Assembly: GCA_043804695.1 (NCBI GenBank)
Contig: JAZDIV010000043.1
Location: 12,736-76,735 of the forward strand
Reading direction: 5' to 3'
DNA length: 64,000 bases
Source: PVC group bacterium
GTDB taxonomy: Bacteria; Auribacterota; Erginobacteria; Erginobacterales; Erginobacteraceae
In this document: piece after piece, positions 27,741-36,803 of the stretch
Layout: the number at the start of each line of letters is the position of its first letter
How positions within the stretch are numbered: position 1 is the stretch's first letter
Translations under genes and position numbers: made by a program
The notes under the pieces: model-generated
The model's input: the letters and a program-made list of their open reading frames with translations, nothing else
Database searches by the model: none
What the model was told of the DNA's origin: nothing

Positions 27741-29097
27741 GTGCGAAGGTCATTGGAATTTGTTTGTTATTTGTTACTTGAGATTTGTGATTTTCCGCAA
27801 GGTATGTCTGGGTAAAGGCGATGATACCTAGGGCCAGAAAAACCGTCCGTTCCCCGAGTATGCTGCCGGTTACCCCATAGACGGCCAGGGCCGCCAGCAG
27901 GCCGAGCATGACCGCGTTCTCCATCCCCGGCGCCCGCGGCGAGGCCAGGCTGATTCCCCGCCCGATGAAAGCCCAGAGGGCCGCCAGGAAAAGAAGCAAG
28001 CCCACGATCCCGAACTCGACCAGGAGCTGGAGATATGTCTGATGCGGAATGACCGGACCTTCCGAATCGGAGGTATATGTTTCCCGGACTGCCTCGATCG
28101 ATCGATCGAGTCCGAGCCCGAGGAAAAAATATCGTTTCCCCTCCCGCAGATAATCGGACCAGATATCCCGCCGCATCGACCAGTTGCTCTCCTGGATGTT
28201 TTCCACGGAGAGGCGACCGGGCATGGTCTGGATGATCGAGCCGGGCAGCAAGCCGATGGCGGCCAGTAACAGACAGCAAAGACCAACCGCCCAGCGCAGT
28301 TTTTTCAGGAGGGGGAGATAATAGGTAATTACCAACCCCCCGCAGGCGAAAGCAAACAGGGTATTCCGGGAGACCGAAGCCAGCATCCCATAGATTCCCG
28401 CCAGGACGAAAAAAAGGCCGGCAGCCTTGCCCCTCCATCCGACCCCTCTTCCCAGGAAAACGGAAAGATTAAGGAAACAACAGACCAGGCCGGTTATCCC
28501 AAGAGCATTCGGGCTCAAAAAACCGCCGGTCGCCCGGGCGAACCCCTGGATAGCGTCGACCGTTTCATGGCCTCCCAGAAAAATCGAGAAGACAAACCCG
28601 AGCCCGTAAGCCAGGGAAAAAAGACAGAGTTCCCAGCGGTTCTTTAATAGCGAACTGACGGCGTAGGCCAGGAGCGAGAAGAGAAAGAAACGCACGACCA
28701 TGATCCCGTGGGAGGGGGCATAAAGGTAATACTCGGCCTGGTTGTACATCACCCCCGTGTAGCCGAAAGTAAAATCTCCCGGAAAGAGAAAAAGGTAACC
28801 GACAACGGTATGTATCAGCACAAAAATAAGGAAGAGGTTATACGGCAGGGGGAACGCCCGGAAGCGCTGGCGCCCCAGGATTAGCCAGTAGATGACCAAT
28901 GCCAGGGCAAAGACAGGGAAGATGCGTGAGAGGTTGAGACTGGTGGTGACCTTCTGAAGGCCCGGTCCCCAGGAAATAAAAAAAGCAACCCCGAGCAGAA
29001 GCACCAGCCTGATCGGTTCTGGCGATCGGGTTGTGATCCGGGAGCGAGGTCGTGATGTGCCTTGTTCCTGCCGTTTGCCGGTATCTGTAGATATCAT
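27733..29097 (-). CDS. O-antigen ligase/Wzy polymerase family membrane protein
   Basis: RATGGFLSPNALG, SVSRN, MRRDIW, FLGLG, PHQTYLQLLVEFGIVG. Confidence 0.8.
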   Translation of the reverse strand: MISTDTGKRQEQGTSRPRSRITTRSPEPIRLVLLLGVAFFISWGPGLQKVTTSLNLSRIFPVFALALVIYWLILGRQRFRAFPLPYNLFLIFVLIHTVVGYLFLFPGDFTFGYTGVMYNQAEYYLYAPSHGIMVVRFFLFSLLAYAVSSLLKNRWELCLFSLAYGLGFVFSIFLGGHETVDAIQGFARATGGFLSPNALGITGLVCCFLNLSVFLGRGVGWRGKAAGLFFVLAGIYGMLASVSRNTLFAFACGGLVITYYLPLLKKLRWAVGLCCLLLAAIGLLPGSIIQTMPGRLSVENIQESNWSMRRDIWSDYLREGKRYFFLGLGLDRSIEAVRETYTSDSEGPVIPHQTYLQLLVEFGIVGLLLFLAALWAFIGRGISLASPRAPGMENAVMLGLLAALAVYGVTGSILGERTVFLALGIIAFTQTYLAENHKSQVTNNKQIPMTFAHE

Positions 29098-29200
29098 TTT
29101 AAAATGGTAAAAGGAGATCTACCATTTTGTCGAGACCTTTTAAAGGTAATACCCGATATCTGTACGATTACCCACCCACCGTCGTATAACGAGCAGCTAA

Positions 29201-29257
29201 TATTAATCCGGACTCCAGGTGAAAATAGTAGATTTTCACCTGGAGTCCGGATTAATA
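29201..29257. terminator. 26-bp perfect stem, 5-nt loop, overlapping the stop of the ATP-grasp gene
   Basis: TATTAATCCGGACTCCAGGTGAAAAT-agtag-ATTTTCACCTGGAGTCCGGATTAATA. Confidence 0.55.
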
Positions 29258-30328
29258 GTCCAGTTCCGGCTGTTCCAGATCGGGCAACTTCAATGCATCG
29301 ACGAGGTGAAGATACTCCGGCCAGAAATGTCCTTCATTCAGATGAAGGAACCGGTCGAAGTACCCCGGGCAGTCGAAGATGGCCCGCGGTTGGAACGTGT
29401 AGCTGATCTCACAGAAGACAGGCTCATTATCCGGGGTGAAGAGAAAATCGTAGGCCATCGACTGGAACTTCATTTCCCGGGAGATCCTGAAGGCGATCTC
29501 AACACAGCGAAGATCGACCCTGCCCAGGTCGTAATCGATCATCCCGCTCCCGGAGGCGCGGAAGTCGTTGGGCCGGGTGAAGCGGCGGAAGATAAATGCC
29601 CTCTCCCCGATGACGGTGACCCGCGTATCGAACCGGTTGCCGGGGATAAAGTCCTGGAAGAGGATGTAATTTTTGTGAAGACGCCAGAAGGGAGAGACGT
29701 CGAGACTTTTCCAGCGCCGGCAGAGGTTCCCGGCCCGGTGGTGGAGTTCACGGTAGAGGCTGAAGTGACGGAACCGGACACTCCCGGCATGGATGAACTT
29801 TTCCGGGAGGATCCCGCGCCCGAACATCCGTTTGATCAGCTTCCGGGCTTGCCGCCGGTCTTCCACCATGATCACGTTCTGTGAGCCGGCTCCGCCCCGG
29901 AGCTTGAAGACGACCGGAAAATCCGCCCGGCCGGCCCAGTTGAGGGCGGCGCCCCTCTCCCGGAAAATATGGCTCTCCACCATCGGGAAACCGAAGGGCT
30001 TGAGAAGGAAGTACTGTCTCACCTTGTCATCGGAATGCCAGCAGGTATTCAGGTCGGGGAAACATTTTATTTTCAGGTTTTCCTCAATAACGGGCAGGAG
30101 ATCGAGGGCAATCTGGCGGTCGGAGTCCCACTGGCTCCAGCGCAGGATGAAAAGGTCGAAATCCCGGATCGCATCCCAAAAATCGGGCTGGGAGTCTTCC
30201 AGCCGGACAAACGCAATCCCGTTGTGGGCGAGAATCTTTTCGTACGCCGTGTTGACGGCACAATATTTCCCGTTGGGATCACTCGTCCGGTAGATGCCGA
30301 CCTTTAAATTTTCCCGCCGTGCTCTCAC
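29252..30328 (-). CDS. ATP-grasp (RimK-like) ligase
   Basis: DDKVRQ, FPVVFKLRGGAGSQNV, FQDFIPGNRFDTRV, NDFRASGSG, MAYDF..CEIS. Confidence 0.85.
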   Translation of the reverse strand: MRARRENLKVGIYRTSDPNGKYCAVNTAYEKILAHNGIAFVRLEDSQPDFWDAIRDFDLFILRWSQWDSDRQIALDLLPVIEENLKIKCFPDLNTCWHSDDKVRQYFLLKPFGFPMVESHIFRERGAALNWAGRADFPVVFKLRGGAGSQNVIMVEDRRQARKLIKRMFGRGILPEKFIHAGSVRFRHFSLYRELHHRAGNLCRRWKSLDVSPFWRLHKNYILFQDFIPGNRFDTRVTVIGERAFIFRRFTRPNDFRASGSGMIDYDLGRVDLRCVEIAFRISREMKFQSMAYDFLFTPDNEPVFCEISYTFQPRAIFDCPGYFDRFLHLNEGHFWPEYLHLVDALKLPDLEQPELDY

Positions 30329-30330
30329 AT

Positions 30331-31566
30331 TTAATTTTCTTCCGGGGCCGGCCGGCCCGGATCCGCCCGCCAGCCCAGGGCTACCTGGTCGCCGTGCTGC
30401 CGCTGGTTTTCCCGGTCATAAAGAATTGTATGCATGTTGTACGGGATCGGTTGGGCCTCAATCTCGTCCGAGACAAGAACACACTCTCCTTCCGGCCATG
30501 CCCGGGTGGGGGGATAGGGCCGGAACGTCCATTCCTCACTCCTCTTCCCCAGTTTCTTCCGCTCCTCCGAGAGAAGATCCCGGTGATTCTCATCCACCAC
30601 CCCGTAGAGAGCGATCAGGCAGTCGTGTTCGAGGGGACGATTGACATGAAAAAGGTAATCGACCCGGTATTGATTCTCGCCGATTTGCCGATAATCAAAG
30701 GCCACCAGGTCGGCTTCCTCGCAGATTATTCCCAAAGGCGCGGTCTTCTCAAGCAATTCGGAGGCCTTCCTCTTGAAGGCCTCCTGCGCGGCCGGCAGGT
30801 TCTCGCAGTCGCCTTTCAGCCGATAGAGATCGATCAGGCTGTTGGTCCGGCGGATGCTGTCGAGAAGGACGCTCTCGGTAATCCCCCGTCGCCAGCCCAG
30901 CTGAACCGTGTCCCCGTACTGCCCGGGTTTCCGGGTCGGGGCATAGAAGTTCATCGACATGTTATACGGTATGGCTGGCGAGATAAACGTCTGCGAAAGA
31001 AGGAGGTACTCCCCCGGCTGCCAGGCCGTGGTGGGCGGCGCGGGGTGAAGGGTCCAGACCTCGCTTTTTTTATCGGCCGCTCTCCTCTTTTTCGAGAGGC
31101 GGTCAAGATGCTCGGGAGCGACCGCTCCGTTAAGAGCAATTCTGAGATCGGTCCGGAACGGCTGGTTGACCTTGAAGAGGTAATCAGCTCGGTACCGGTC
31201 GGGGCCGATCTTCCGGTAATCGAAGGCGAGCAGGTCGGCCTCGGGACAGGGACTGCCCACGGGGGTTTGATCGGCCAGGAGCTGCTGGAGGTGCTTCTCC
31301 ATGGCGTTTTGTACCCTGGTCGAACCCCCGCCACTCCGGCTATATTCTTCCTGCATCCGGCAGATGGTGATAAGGTCACTCACGGAATTGATCCGGGCAA
31401 TCAGAGCGTCATCGCTCAGCGCTTCTCCCGTATCCGTGGCTTGAAACCAGCCCGGATCTTCGGGAGATCTGGAACATCCGGTGATGCAGAGGAACGCGGC
31501 GGCGGCGATCAGCAAAAGCAGTGCTCCGCTTATGCTCCCGTTAAACAATGAAGGTCTTCTCACCAT
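30331..31566 (-). CDS. Putative lipoprotein with two repeated domains
   Basis: LCITGC lipobox-like; two near-collinear repeats EADL.AFDYR.IG...PPT.AW..GE...IPYNM; paralog of 14659-15846. Confidence 0.65.
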   Translation of the reverse strand: MVRRPSLFNGSISGALLLLIAAAAFLCITGCSRSPEDPGWFQATDTGEALSDDALIARINSVSDLITICRMQEEYSRSGGGSTRVQNAMEKHLQQLLADQTPVGSPCPEADLLAFDYRKIGPDRYRADYLFKVNQPFRTDLRIALNGAVAPEHLDRLSKKRRAADKKSEVWTLHPAPPTTAWQPGEYLLLSQTFISPAIPYNMSMNFYAPTRKPGQYGDTVQLGWRRGITESVLLDSIRRTNSLIDLYRLKGDCENLPAAQEAFKRKASELLEKTAPLGIICEEADLVAFDYRQIGENQYRVDYLFHVNRPLEHDCLIALYGVVDENHRDLLSEERKKLGKRSEEWTFRPYPPTRAWPEGECVLVSDEIEAQPIPYNMHTILYDRENQRQHGDQVALGWRADPGRPAPEEN

Positions 31567-31664
31567 AACACCTCTTATCCCATGTTATTCGTATTCGTGA
31601 TCCCACGGTAAATTATCTTTATATTTCAGCCCGTGTCAATCTCCCTGTTCTTGACAAATACGTT

Positions 31665-33833
31665 TCATGACGGCGAAGGATCCGGGTCCCGAGGGGCCGA
31701 CCTCGTCCGGAAAACCCAGATATCGCCGTTCACCTCTCCGTACCGGCCCAACGCCCGCACCCGCCAGAGATAGGTGGTCCCCGGGGAGAGCCTCTTTACC
31801 GGCCGGGCGCGACTTTTCTCCAGCCCGGCCAGTGTCGGATAGTCGGGCTCTTCTTCCCCGACTTTCCAGAGGAAGAAATCATACGAGGTGGCGGCGTTGC
31901 AGTCAGCCCAGTCGAAAAGATGGTCATCCGGGGGGACTCCGGATTCCCGGTTCCCCGGTGATGGTGAAGACGGCTTCGTCACCAGGTTCCGGTTCATCCC
32001 TTCCCAGATCACATTGCCTTCCGGTCCCCGGCCTTCATACTGGTAGAGGCGGATCAGTGTCTGACAGAAGTAGGGGGCATGGGGATTGTAGCCGAATGTT
32101 TTTACGCCCCGTTCCAGGAGGGCCCGGGCCCGGTCCAGGTCCTGCCGATGGAGGGCGATCTCGGCCAGGTAGGTCAGGCTGGTCCGGTCGCCGGGATGAA
32201 GATCCAGTGCCCGGCGGGCAAATTTCTCCGCGATGTCGTAATCTTTCAAGCTCATGGCCAGCTCCGCGAACTGGTAACAGGAGATGTGCCTCATGTTGGC
32301 GTCGAAGAGCATCGTCGGGAGCACCCGGTCGGCCAACCAGTTAAACCGGTTCTGGACCCGGAGCCGGTCGTACAGTCCCTCTTTCCGGACGTATTCCCGG
32401 GTCGGGGCGGCGTAGCGATCCGGGTTATCGAGTACTTCCTGATACGCGAGAACTTTCATTATCTCTTCGCGTTCCTTCCGCAGCTCCCGGTCCCCCCGGA
32501 TCGTATATCCGACCGCCGCCGCGAAGAGAAAAAGCCACAGGGCGGCCAGGTAATTGAGCCCCCGCGCCGCCGGAGCCGGGAACCGGATCCGCAGTACCGG
32601 CCTCGCCGTCGGAAGACTGTTGAGGAGGGCAGCCACGCCGGCCAGCCAGATCTGGGTACTGACCTTTTCCGATGTGAACGTGGTGAACTGCATGACGGTA
32701 ATACCGACCACGGACGCCCCGGCCGCCAGGATCACCCCCCTCCCCCTTCCTTTCCAGGCCAGCCGGAGAAGGAGGAAGAAGGTCAGCGCAAAGAGCAGTG
32801 CTCCCGGAATCCCGAGGTCGACATACGCCTGCAGATAATCATTGTGAACCTCCCAGTTCAGAGTATTGACTTTATCCTGGAGGAGACGGGGGGTGGAGAC
32901 GATGGGGAAGTTGCCGAAACCGGCGCCGAGTAGGGGATCGGTAATCCCGAGACAGGGGCGCCAGTAAAAGAACCGCTGCTGGGGGTTGAGAAGAGTCCCG
33001 GCCGCCTGGGCAAAGCTGAGTTTGCCCTTGAAGGTACTCTCCCCTCCGATCGGAAGACCGACCGAATAAGCGATCAGGAGGGAGGCGAAAACCGGCACGA
33101 CCAGGACGGCCAGCTTTTTTTTATGGACAAGCATCATGCGGTATCCGCCGGCGGCAAGATAGATCAGCCCGGCCAGCAGACCGACCCAGGCTCCCCGGGT
33201 CTTGGCCAGAAGGAGAAAAGTAACGCTGAAGATAATGGCGAGGAAAGGGATGGCGGCGCCCGGTCCCTTCCGCCGGAGAAAATACCCGAGAAGAAAGGGA
33301 AACGTCACCATCAGGTACATGCAGGCGTAATTCCGCGACCCCAGCGTGGCCCGGGGAACCGCCGTTCCGGGCAGTCCGTTGATAACGGGGAAAGCGGGGA
33401 AAAAATACTGCAGGATCCCGATCGCCGACACCAGGCCGGCCAGAATGCAGAAAGCCGTCCAGAATATTTCAGAATTCCAGAAGCGCGTCCTGCGTGCCAG
33501 CAGGTACGCCAGGGTGGGTAGCAGGAGCGCCAGCCAGCGTTCAAACCCGACCCGGGGAGAGGGGGCCCAAATGAGTGAGAGAAGCGCCCATCCCAGATAC
33601 GCCAGCCAGACCGCCCCCAGGAGGGTGAGGTTGAAGATGTTAGGCATCCGCGGCGGCAGCAGGGCCAGGCCGATTCCGACCGTCACCGCCGCCCAGAAAG
33701 CTTTGGGCAGGTAATTCCCCGACATCATGTCCGGAAGACAGGCCAGAACGACGAGCGAAACCAACAGCCAGATTACCGCGCCCGGGAGAGATGAGGAAGA
33801 TGCCGATGATGGCTTTCTATCCAGCATTGACAT
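31665..33833 (-). CDS. O-antigen ligase/PglL-like membrane protein with TPR and C-terminal beta-sandwich domain
   Basis: ATLGSRNY, AKTRGAW, GAGFGNF, VHNDYLQ..VDLGIPG; TPR-like ARRALDLHP; GTTYLWRVRA. Confidence 0.75.
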   Translation of the reverse strand: MSMLDRKPSSASSSSLPGAVIWLLVSLVVLACLPDMMSGNYLPKAFWAAVTVGIGLALLPPRMPNIFNLTLLGAVWLAYLGWALLSLIWAPSPRVGFERWLALLLPTLAYLLARRTRFWNSEIFWTAFCILAGLVSAIGILQYFFPAFPVINGLPGTAVPRATLGSRNYACMYLMVTFPFLLGYFLRRKGPGAAIPFLAIIFSVTFLLLAKTRGAWVGLLAGLIYLAAGGYRMMLVHKKKLAVLVVPVFASLLIAYSVGLPIGGESTFKGKLSFAQAAGTLLNPQQRFFYWRPCLGITDPLLGAGFGNFPIVSTPRLLQDKVNTLNWEVHNDYLQAYVDLGIPGALLFALTFFLLLRLAWKGRGRGVILAAGASVVGITVMQFTTFTSEKVSTQIWLAGVAALLNSLPTARPVLRIRFPAPAARGLNYLAALWLFLFAAAVGYTIRGDRELRKEREEIMKVLAYQEVLDNPDRYAAPTREYVRKEGLYDRLRVQNRFNWLADRVLPTMLFDANMRHISCYQFAELAMSLKDYDIAEKFARRALDLHPGDRTSLTYLAEIALHRQDLDRARALLERGVKTFGYNPHAPYFCQTLIRLYQYEGRGPEGNVIWEGMNRNLVTKPSSPSPGNRESGVPPDDHLFDWADCNAATSYDFFLWKVGEEEPDYPTLAGLEKSRARPVKRLSPGTTYLWRVRALGRYGEVNGDIWVFRTRSAPRDPDPSPS

Positions 33834-33859
33834 TTAGAGAGCTTTGTGCTCCACGCCAT

Positions 33860-33953
33860 CTTTAGGCACTTTAGGCACTTTAGGCACTTTAGGCACTTTA
33901 GGCACTTTAGGCACTTTAGGCACTTTAGGCACTTTAGGCACTTTAGGCACTTT
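33860..33953. repeat. Perfect tandem repeat (CTTTAGGCA)x10
   Basis: Directly visible; lies between the wzz-like gene and the ligase-like gene. Confidence 0.95.
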
Positions 33954-33957
33954 CCAC

Positions 33958-35700
33958 CTATTCTTCCCTCACGAGTACGTTGAGAACCACCAACAGGCAG
34001 GCCAGGACAAAAGCCATCAACATGGCGATCAGGATTATCCGTGTCCGGGGCGGGCCAACCTTGACCGGATCGGTCTGCGCAGTATAGAGAAGAACCGTTC
34101 CGCTCCGGGAGACGTTCTCCATCGATACCCGGAGGAGCGCCACTTCTTCCGCTTTGGCGGCCAGGGAGGAATGGACCTGGGTCAGGTTCTCGATGTCACG
34201 CTTCTGCCGGGCCAGCTGGCTTTCGCTGGTGAAGACGATCTTCTCCAGCCCGGCGATTTCCCGCCCCACCTCGTCGAGCTTGGCTTTTTTCGCCGCCAGC
34301 TTGACCTCCATCCTGGCCAGTTCTTTTTCACTGGCTTCAAGCTCCTGACGATCCGTGTTGTAGGATTGTTCGTAATATGCCTGCAATGCCTGGTCCTTAT
34401 TGACGGCGTTCTGGAGGTTTTTCCTTTGCGACTCCAGGGGGGCGATCTCCCGGGTCAGCTTGCTGACCTCGACCCGCAGGGTCTCCAGTTCCTGCTCCCC
34501 TTTGGAGATCTTGTTCTTCAGCCCGGTTATCTCGCCCGAGAGCCGGATCATTTCTTTCTGTGTCTCTTCATAAATCGGGTTGCTGCTCTCAGTCTTCATC
34601 AGCGGCAGCTGGCCGGTGTCCTTCAAGCCTCCCTGCAGGTAGGTTTCCCAGAGCTTGTCGTCCCCGATCGCCTTGCTGAGGACGATCTTATCACTGATCT
34701 TTGACAGCTCCTCCTGGAGCTTGGCGTAGGTCGGCTCCAGGCTGAAAAGGCTGGTCCGGGCCTGGAGGGTCTCCCCGGAAATGTCCTCGATCTGTTTCTT
34801 CTTGATCTTGACCATTATGTACTTGTGATTGAGCTGGCTTGTCTCGTCAAATTCAGCCAGCGTTTGTTCGTTGCTCCTCAAGCTCCGGATGGTCCGGGCT
34901 ATCCGTCCGGCCAGGGCGGCTGAGTCCGGCAAGGTGTACCCGGGGTCCTCCGCGAGCTTCCGGGCGAACACCTCGCCGGACCAGGACCCCTCGATCTCCT
35001 GCCCGGTCACGTTTTCCCTCAGTTGCTTCAGAAGCGCCTTCCTGGTGACAACCTGTTCCTCCAGGGAAAGAACCTCCAGGGACAGTTCGGAATACAGCTC
35101 CTCATTCTGTTCCAGCAACAGTTGTTTTACGGTCAGATCTGCTTTCAGCCTGGCCTCGGTGTACTGATCCTCGTTCTCGATCAGTGACTTGCTGACCTTC
35201 TCGAAGATGTTGGTGGTGAAAGTACCCAGATCATCGACACCGGCCTGATAAATGCCTTTCGTCTTCTGCAGCACAACTTGCGCCCAGCGGTTGGCCACGG
35301 CCATGGAGAGTTCCGGGTCGGAGGTAGTAGCATTCAACGTGACTATCGGCAGGAGCAGTCGGTCCCGGCTCTGGTCGTGCTTCACCGAGGTCGAGAGCAT
35401 CTCCTGGAAACGGCGGAAGTCCATATCTTCCCTGATGATGCCATCCTTGACCAGGTCCTGGTATAGATCCCACTTCACCCGGGTGGACTCGACCAGGGAG
35501 CGGAGGGTCTCGACGGTGAGCGGGGGGATCTCTCCCGTCAGCGTAACTTCAGGCCGCTGAACGCTGATCGCCGCGCTGGCGCTGTACTTGTTCGAAATCA
35601 GCAGCGTAATCGCCGCCGTCAACGCCCCGACCGCCAGGGTGATGATCAGAAGGCGTATCCTGTATTTGTGGAGTATCTTGATAATCCCGATCTCATTCAT
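33958..35700 (-). CDS. Wzz/Wzc-like polysaccharide co-polymerase with long coiled coil, no kinase domain
   Basis: N-terminal TM plus KYSASA, DPELSMAVANRW, long heptad region, PVKVGPPR plus C-terminal TM; GGAGG RBS. Confidence 0.8.
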   Translation of the reverse strand: MNEIGIIKILHKYRIRLLIITLAVGALTAAITLLISNKYSASAAISVQRPEVTLTGEIPPLTVETLRSLVESTRVKWDLYQDLVKDGIIREDMDFRRFQEMLSTSVKHDQSRDRLLLPIVTLNATTSDPELSMAVANRWAQVVLQKTKGIYQAGVDDLGTFTTNIFEKVSKSLIENEDQYTEARLKADLTVKQLLLEQNEELYSELSLEVLSLEEQVVTRKALLKQLRENVTGQEIEGSWSGEVFARKLAEDPGYTLPDSAALAGRIARTIRSLRSNEQTLAEFDETSQLNHKYIMVKIKKKQIEDISGETLQARTSLFSLEPTYAKLQEELSKISDKIVLSKAIGDDKLWETYLQGGLKDTGQLPLMKTESSNPIYEETQKEMIRLSGEITGLKNKISKGEQELETLRVEVSKLTREIAPLESQRKNLQNAVNKDQALQAYYEQSYNTDRQELEASEKELARMEVKLAAKKAKLDEVGREIAGLEKIVFTSESQLARQKRDIENLTQVHSSLAAKAEEVALLRVSMENVSRSGTVLLYTAQTDPVKVGPPRTRIILIAMLMAFVLACLLVVLNVLVREE

Positions 35701-36689
35701 TTTAACCTCCGGTGTCGCGTCTTGACATTGGACATAATTTTAATTAAATCACTGACCTCTTGATCGAGCTTCTTGTCAGATTCTCTTTCTTCTTCGAAAC
35801 GTTTAATCGCTTTTCCACAGGCGGTATATGTTATACCTCCCAAAACCTGCCCTAATTCATGTAAATTGCAGTCGGAATAGGTATACCCTAAATAGAGAGC
35901 GACCTTTTTAGGGATGTTATTTCTTGTTCTTTGCAGGATCGTTTCTCTATCGATCCCGAAATAGTCCGCAACGGCTTCAATAATATCATCCAGCGTCGGC
36001 ACCTTCAACAACTGACGATATGAGGGAATTTCAGAACTGATCTTCTTTCCATCCAAACCAGCGAGGGCTTCTTCGACAAATTCTTCACTACCTAAAATAG
36101 TTCCGGCTTTTATTCCCTCAAATGGATTGTTGACAGAATTATCCCCCTCCACAAAATTCTTGTATAGTACAATAGCCACATTTCTGTCCCGGGAAAATGT
36201 ATTTAGAATATCATCTCTCGAAATCCAGGTATCTCTATGAGTCAGGAAATCCCGGTAACTGCTCCAGGGGAACAACTGTGGTTTGCTGACCATCCCCGCT
36301 CGAACGGGATTGAGATGGATATAGCGACTGACCACGAGAAGATATTGTTCCTTTTCGATCAGAATTCCTTTATACCGTCCCTGCAAAACATGACCGATCC
36401 GTTTATGCCGGATATTGAAGTAATTCGTATAAGCCACATTGATAAAGTGCATGGACCTGGATAAATTTCCTAACGGGGTCTCCAGGAGCAGGTGGTAATG
36501 ATTGGTCATAAAGATATAGCCATGGATCCGAATTCGGAATTTTAAAATTGCATTTTGTAAAATGGTTATAAGTCGACGTCGATCAGCATCTGCAAGGAAA
36601 ATCGGTTGCGCCCCGTTTCCACGGGCCGTCACATGATAAAACGCTCCCGGAAATTCTATTCTTAGAGCTCTTCCCATGGCCTGTTTCAT
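35697..36689 (-). CDS. REP-associated tyrosine transposase (RAYT, Y1 HUH) with C-terminal DnaA-C-like HTH
   Basis: YHVTARGN, MTNHYHLL, RYIHLNPVRAG, WSSY; IIEAVADYFGI..KVALYL..LHELGQVLGG. Confidence 0.9.
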   Translation of the reverse strand: MKQAMGRALRIEFPGAFYHVTARGNGAQPIFLADADRRRLITILQNAILKFRIRIHGYIFMTNHYHLLLETPLGNLSRSMHFINVAYTNYFNIRHKRIGHVLQGRYKGILIEKEQYLLVVSRYIHLNPVRAGMVSKPQLFPWSSYRDFLTHRDTWISRDDILNTFSRDRNVAIVLYKNFVEGDNSVNNPFEGIKAGTILGSEEFVEEALAGLDGKKISSEIPSYRQLLKVPTLDDIIEAVADYFGIDRETILQRTRNNIPKKVALYLGYTYSDCNLHELGQVLGGITYTACGKAIKRFEEERESDKKLDQEVSDLIKIMSNVKTRHRRLK

Positions 36690-36755
36690 TCTTTGATTAA
36701 TTATTTATTAAGGCCATGGTATTAAATATTATGTCCAATGTCAAGACGCGACACC
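35711..36755. mobile_element. RAYT cassette bounded by 28-bp perfect inverted repeats
   Basis: GGTGTCGCGTCTTGACATTGGACATAAT at 35711-35738, reverse complement at 36728-36755; interior is AT-rich relative to flanks. Confidence 0.75.
36716..36744 (-). promoter_or_regulatory. Putative sigma70 promoter of RAYT with -35 inside the inverted repeat
   Basis: Minus strand TTGACA(36744-39)-N17-TACCAT(36721-16). Confidence 0.55.
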
Positions 36756-36764
36756 TATTTTAAA

Positions 36765-36792
36765 TTGACAAGGGAAGCGCCGGGGTTATAGT
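36765..36792 (+). promoter_or_regulatory. Putative sigma70 promoter for the GT2-DegT genes
   Basis: TTGACA-N16-TATAGT, ending 11 nt before ATG 36804. Confidence 0.5.
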
Positions 36793-36803
36793 CTTCCGGC
36801 ATT

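Noticed and set aside
33844..34704. ORF with (LGT)10 repeat
   Set aside because: Translation of the intergenic VNTR running antisense into the wzz-like gene
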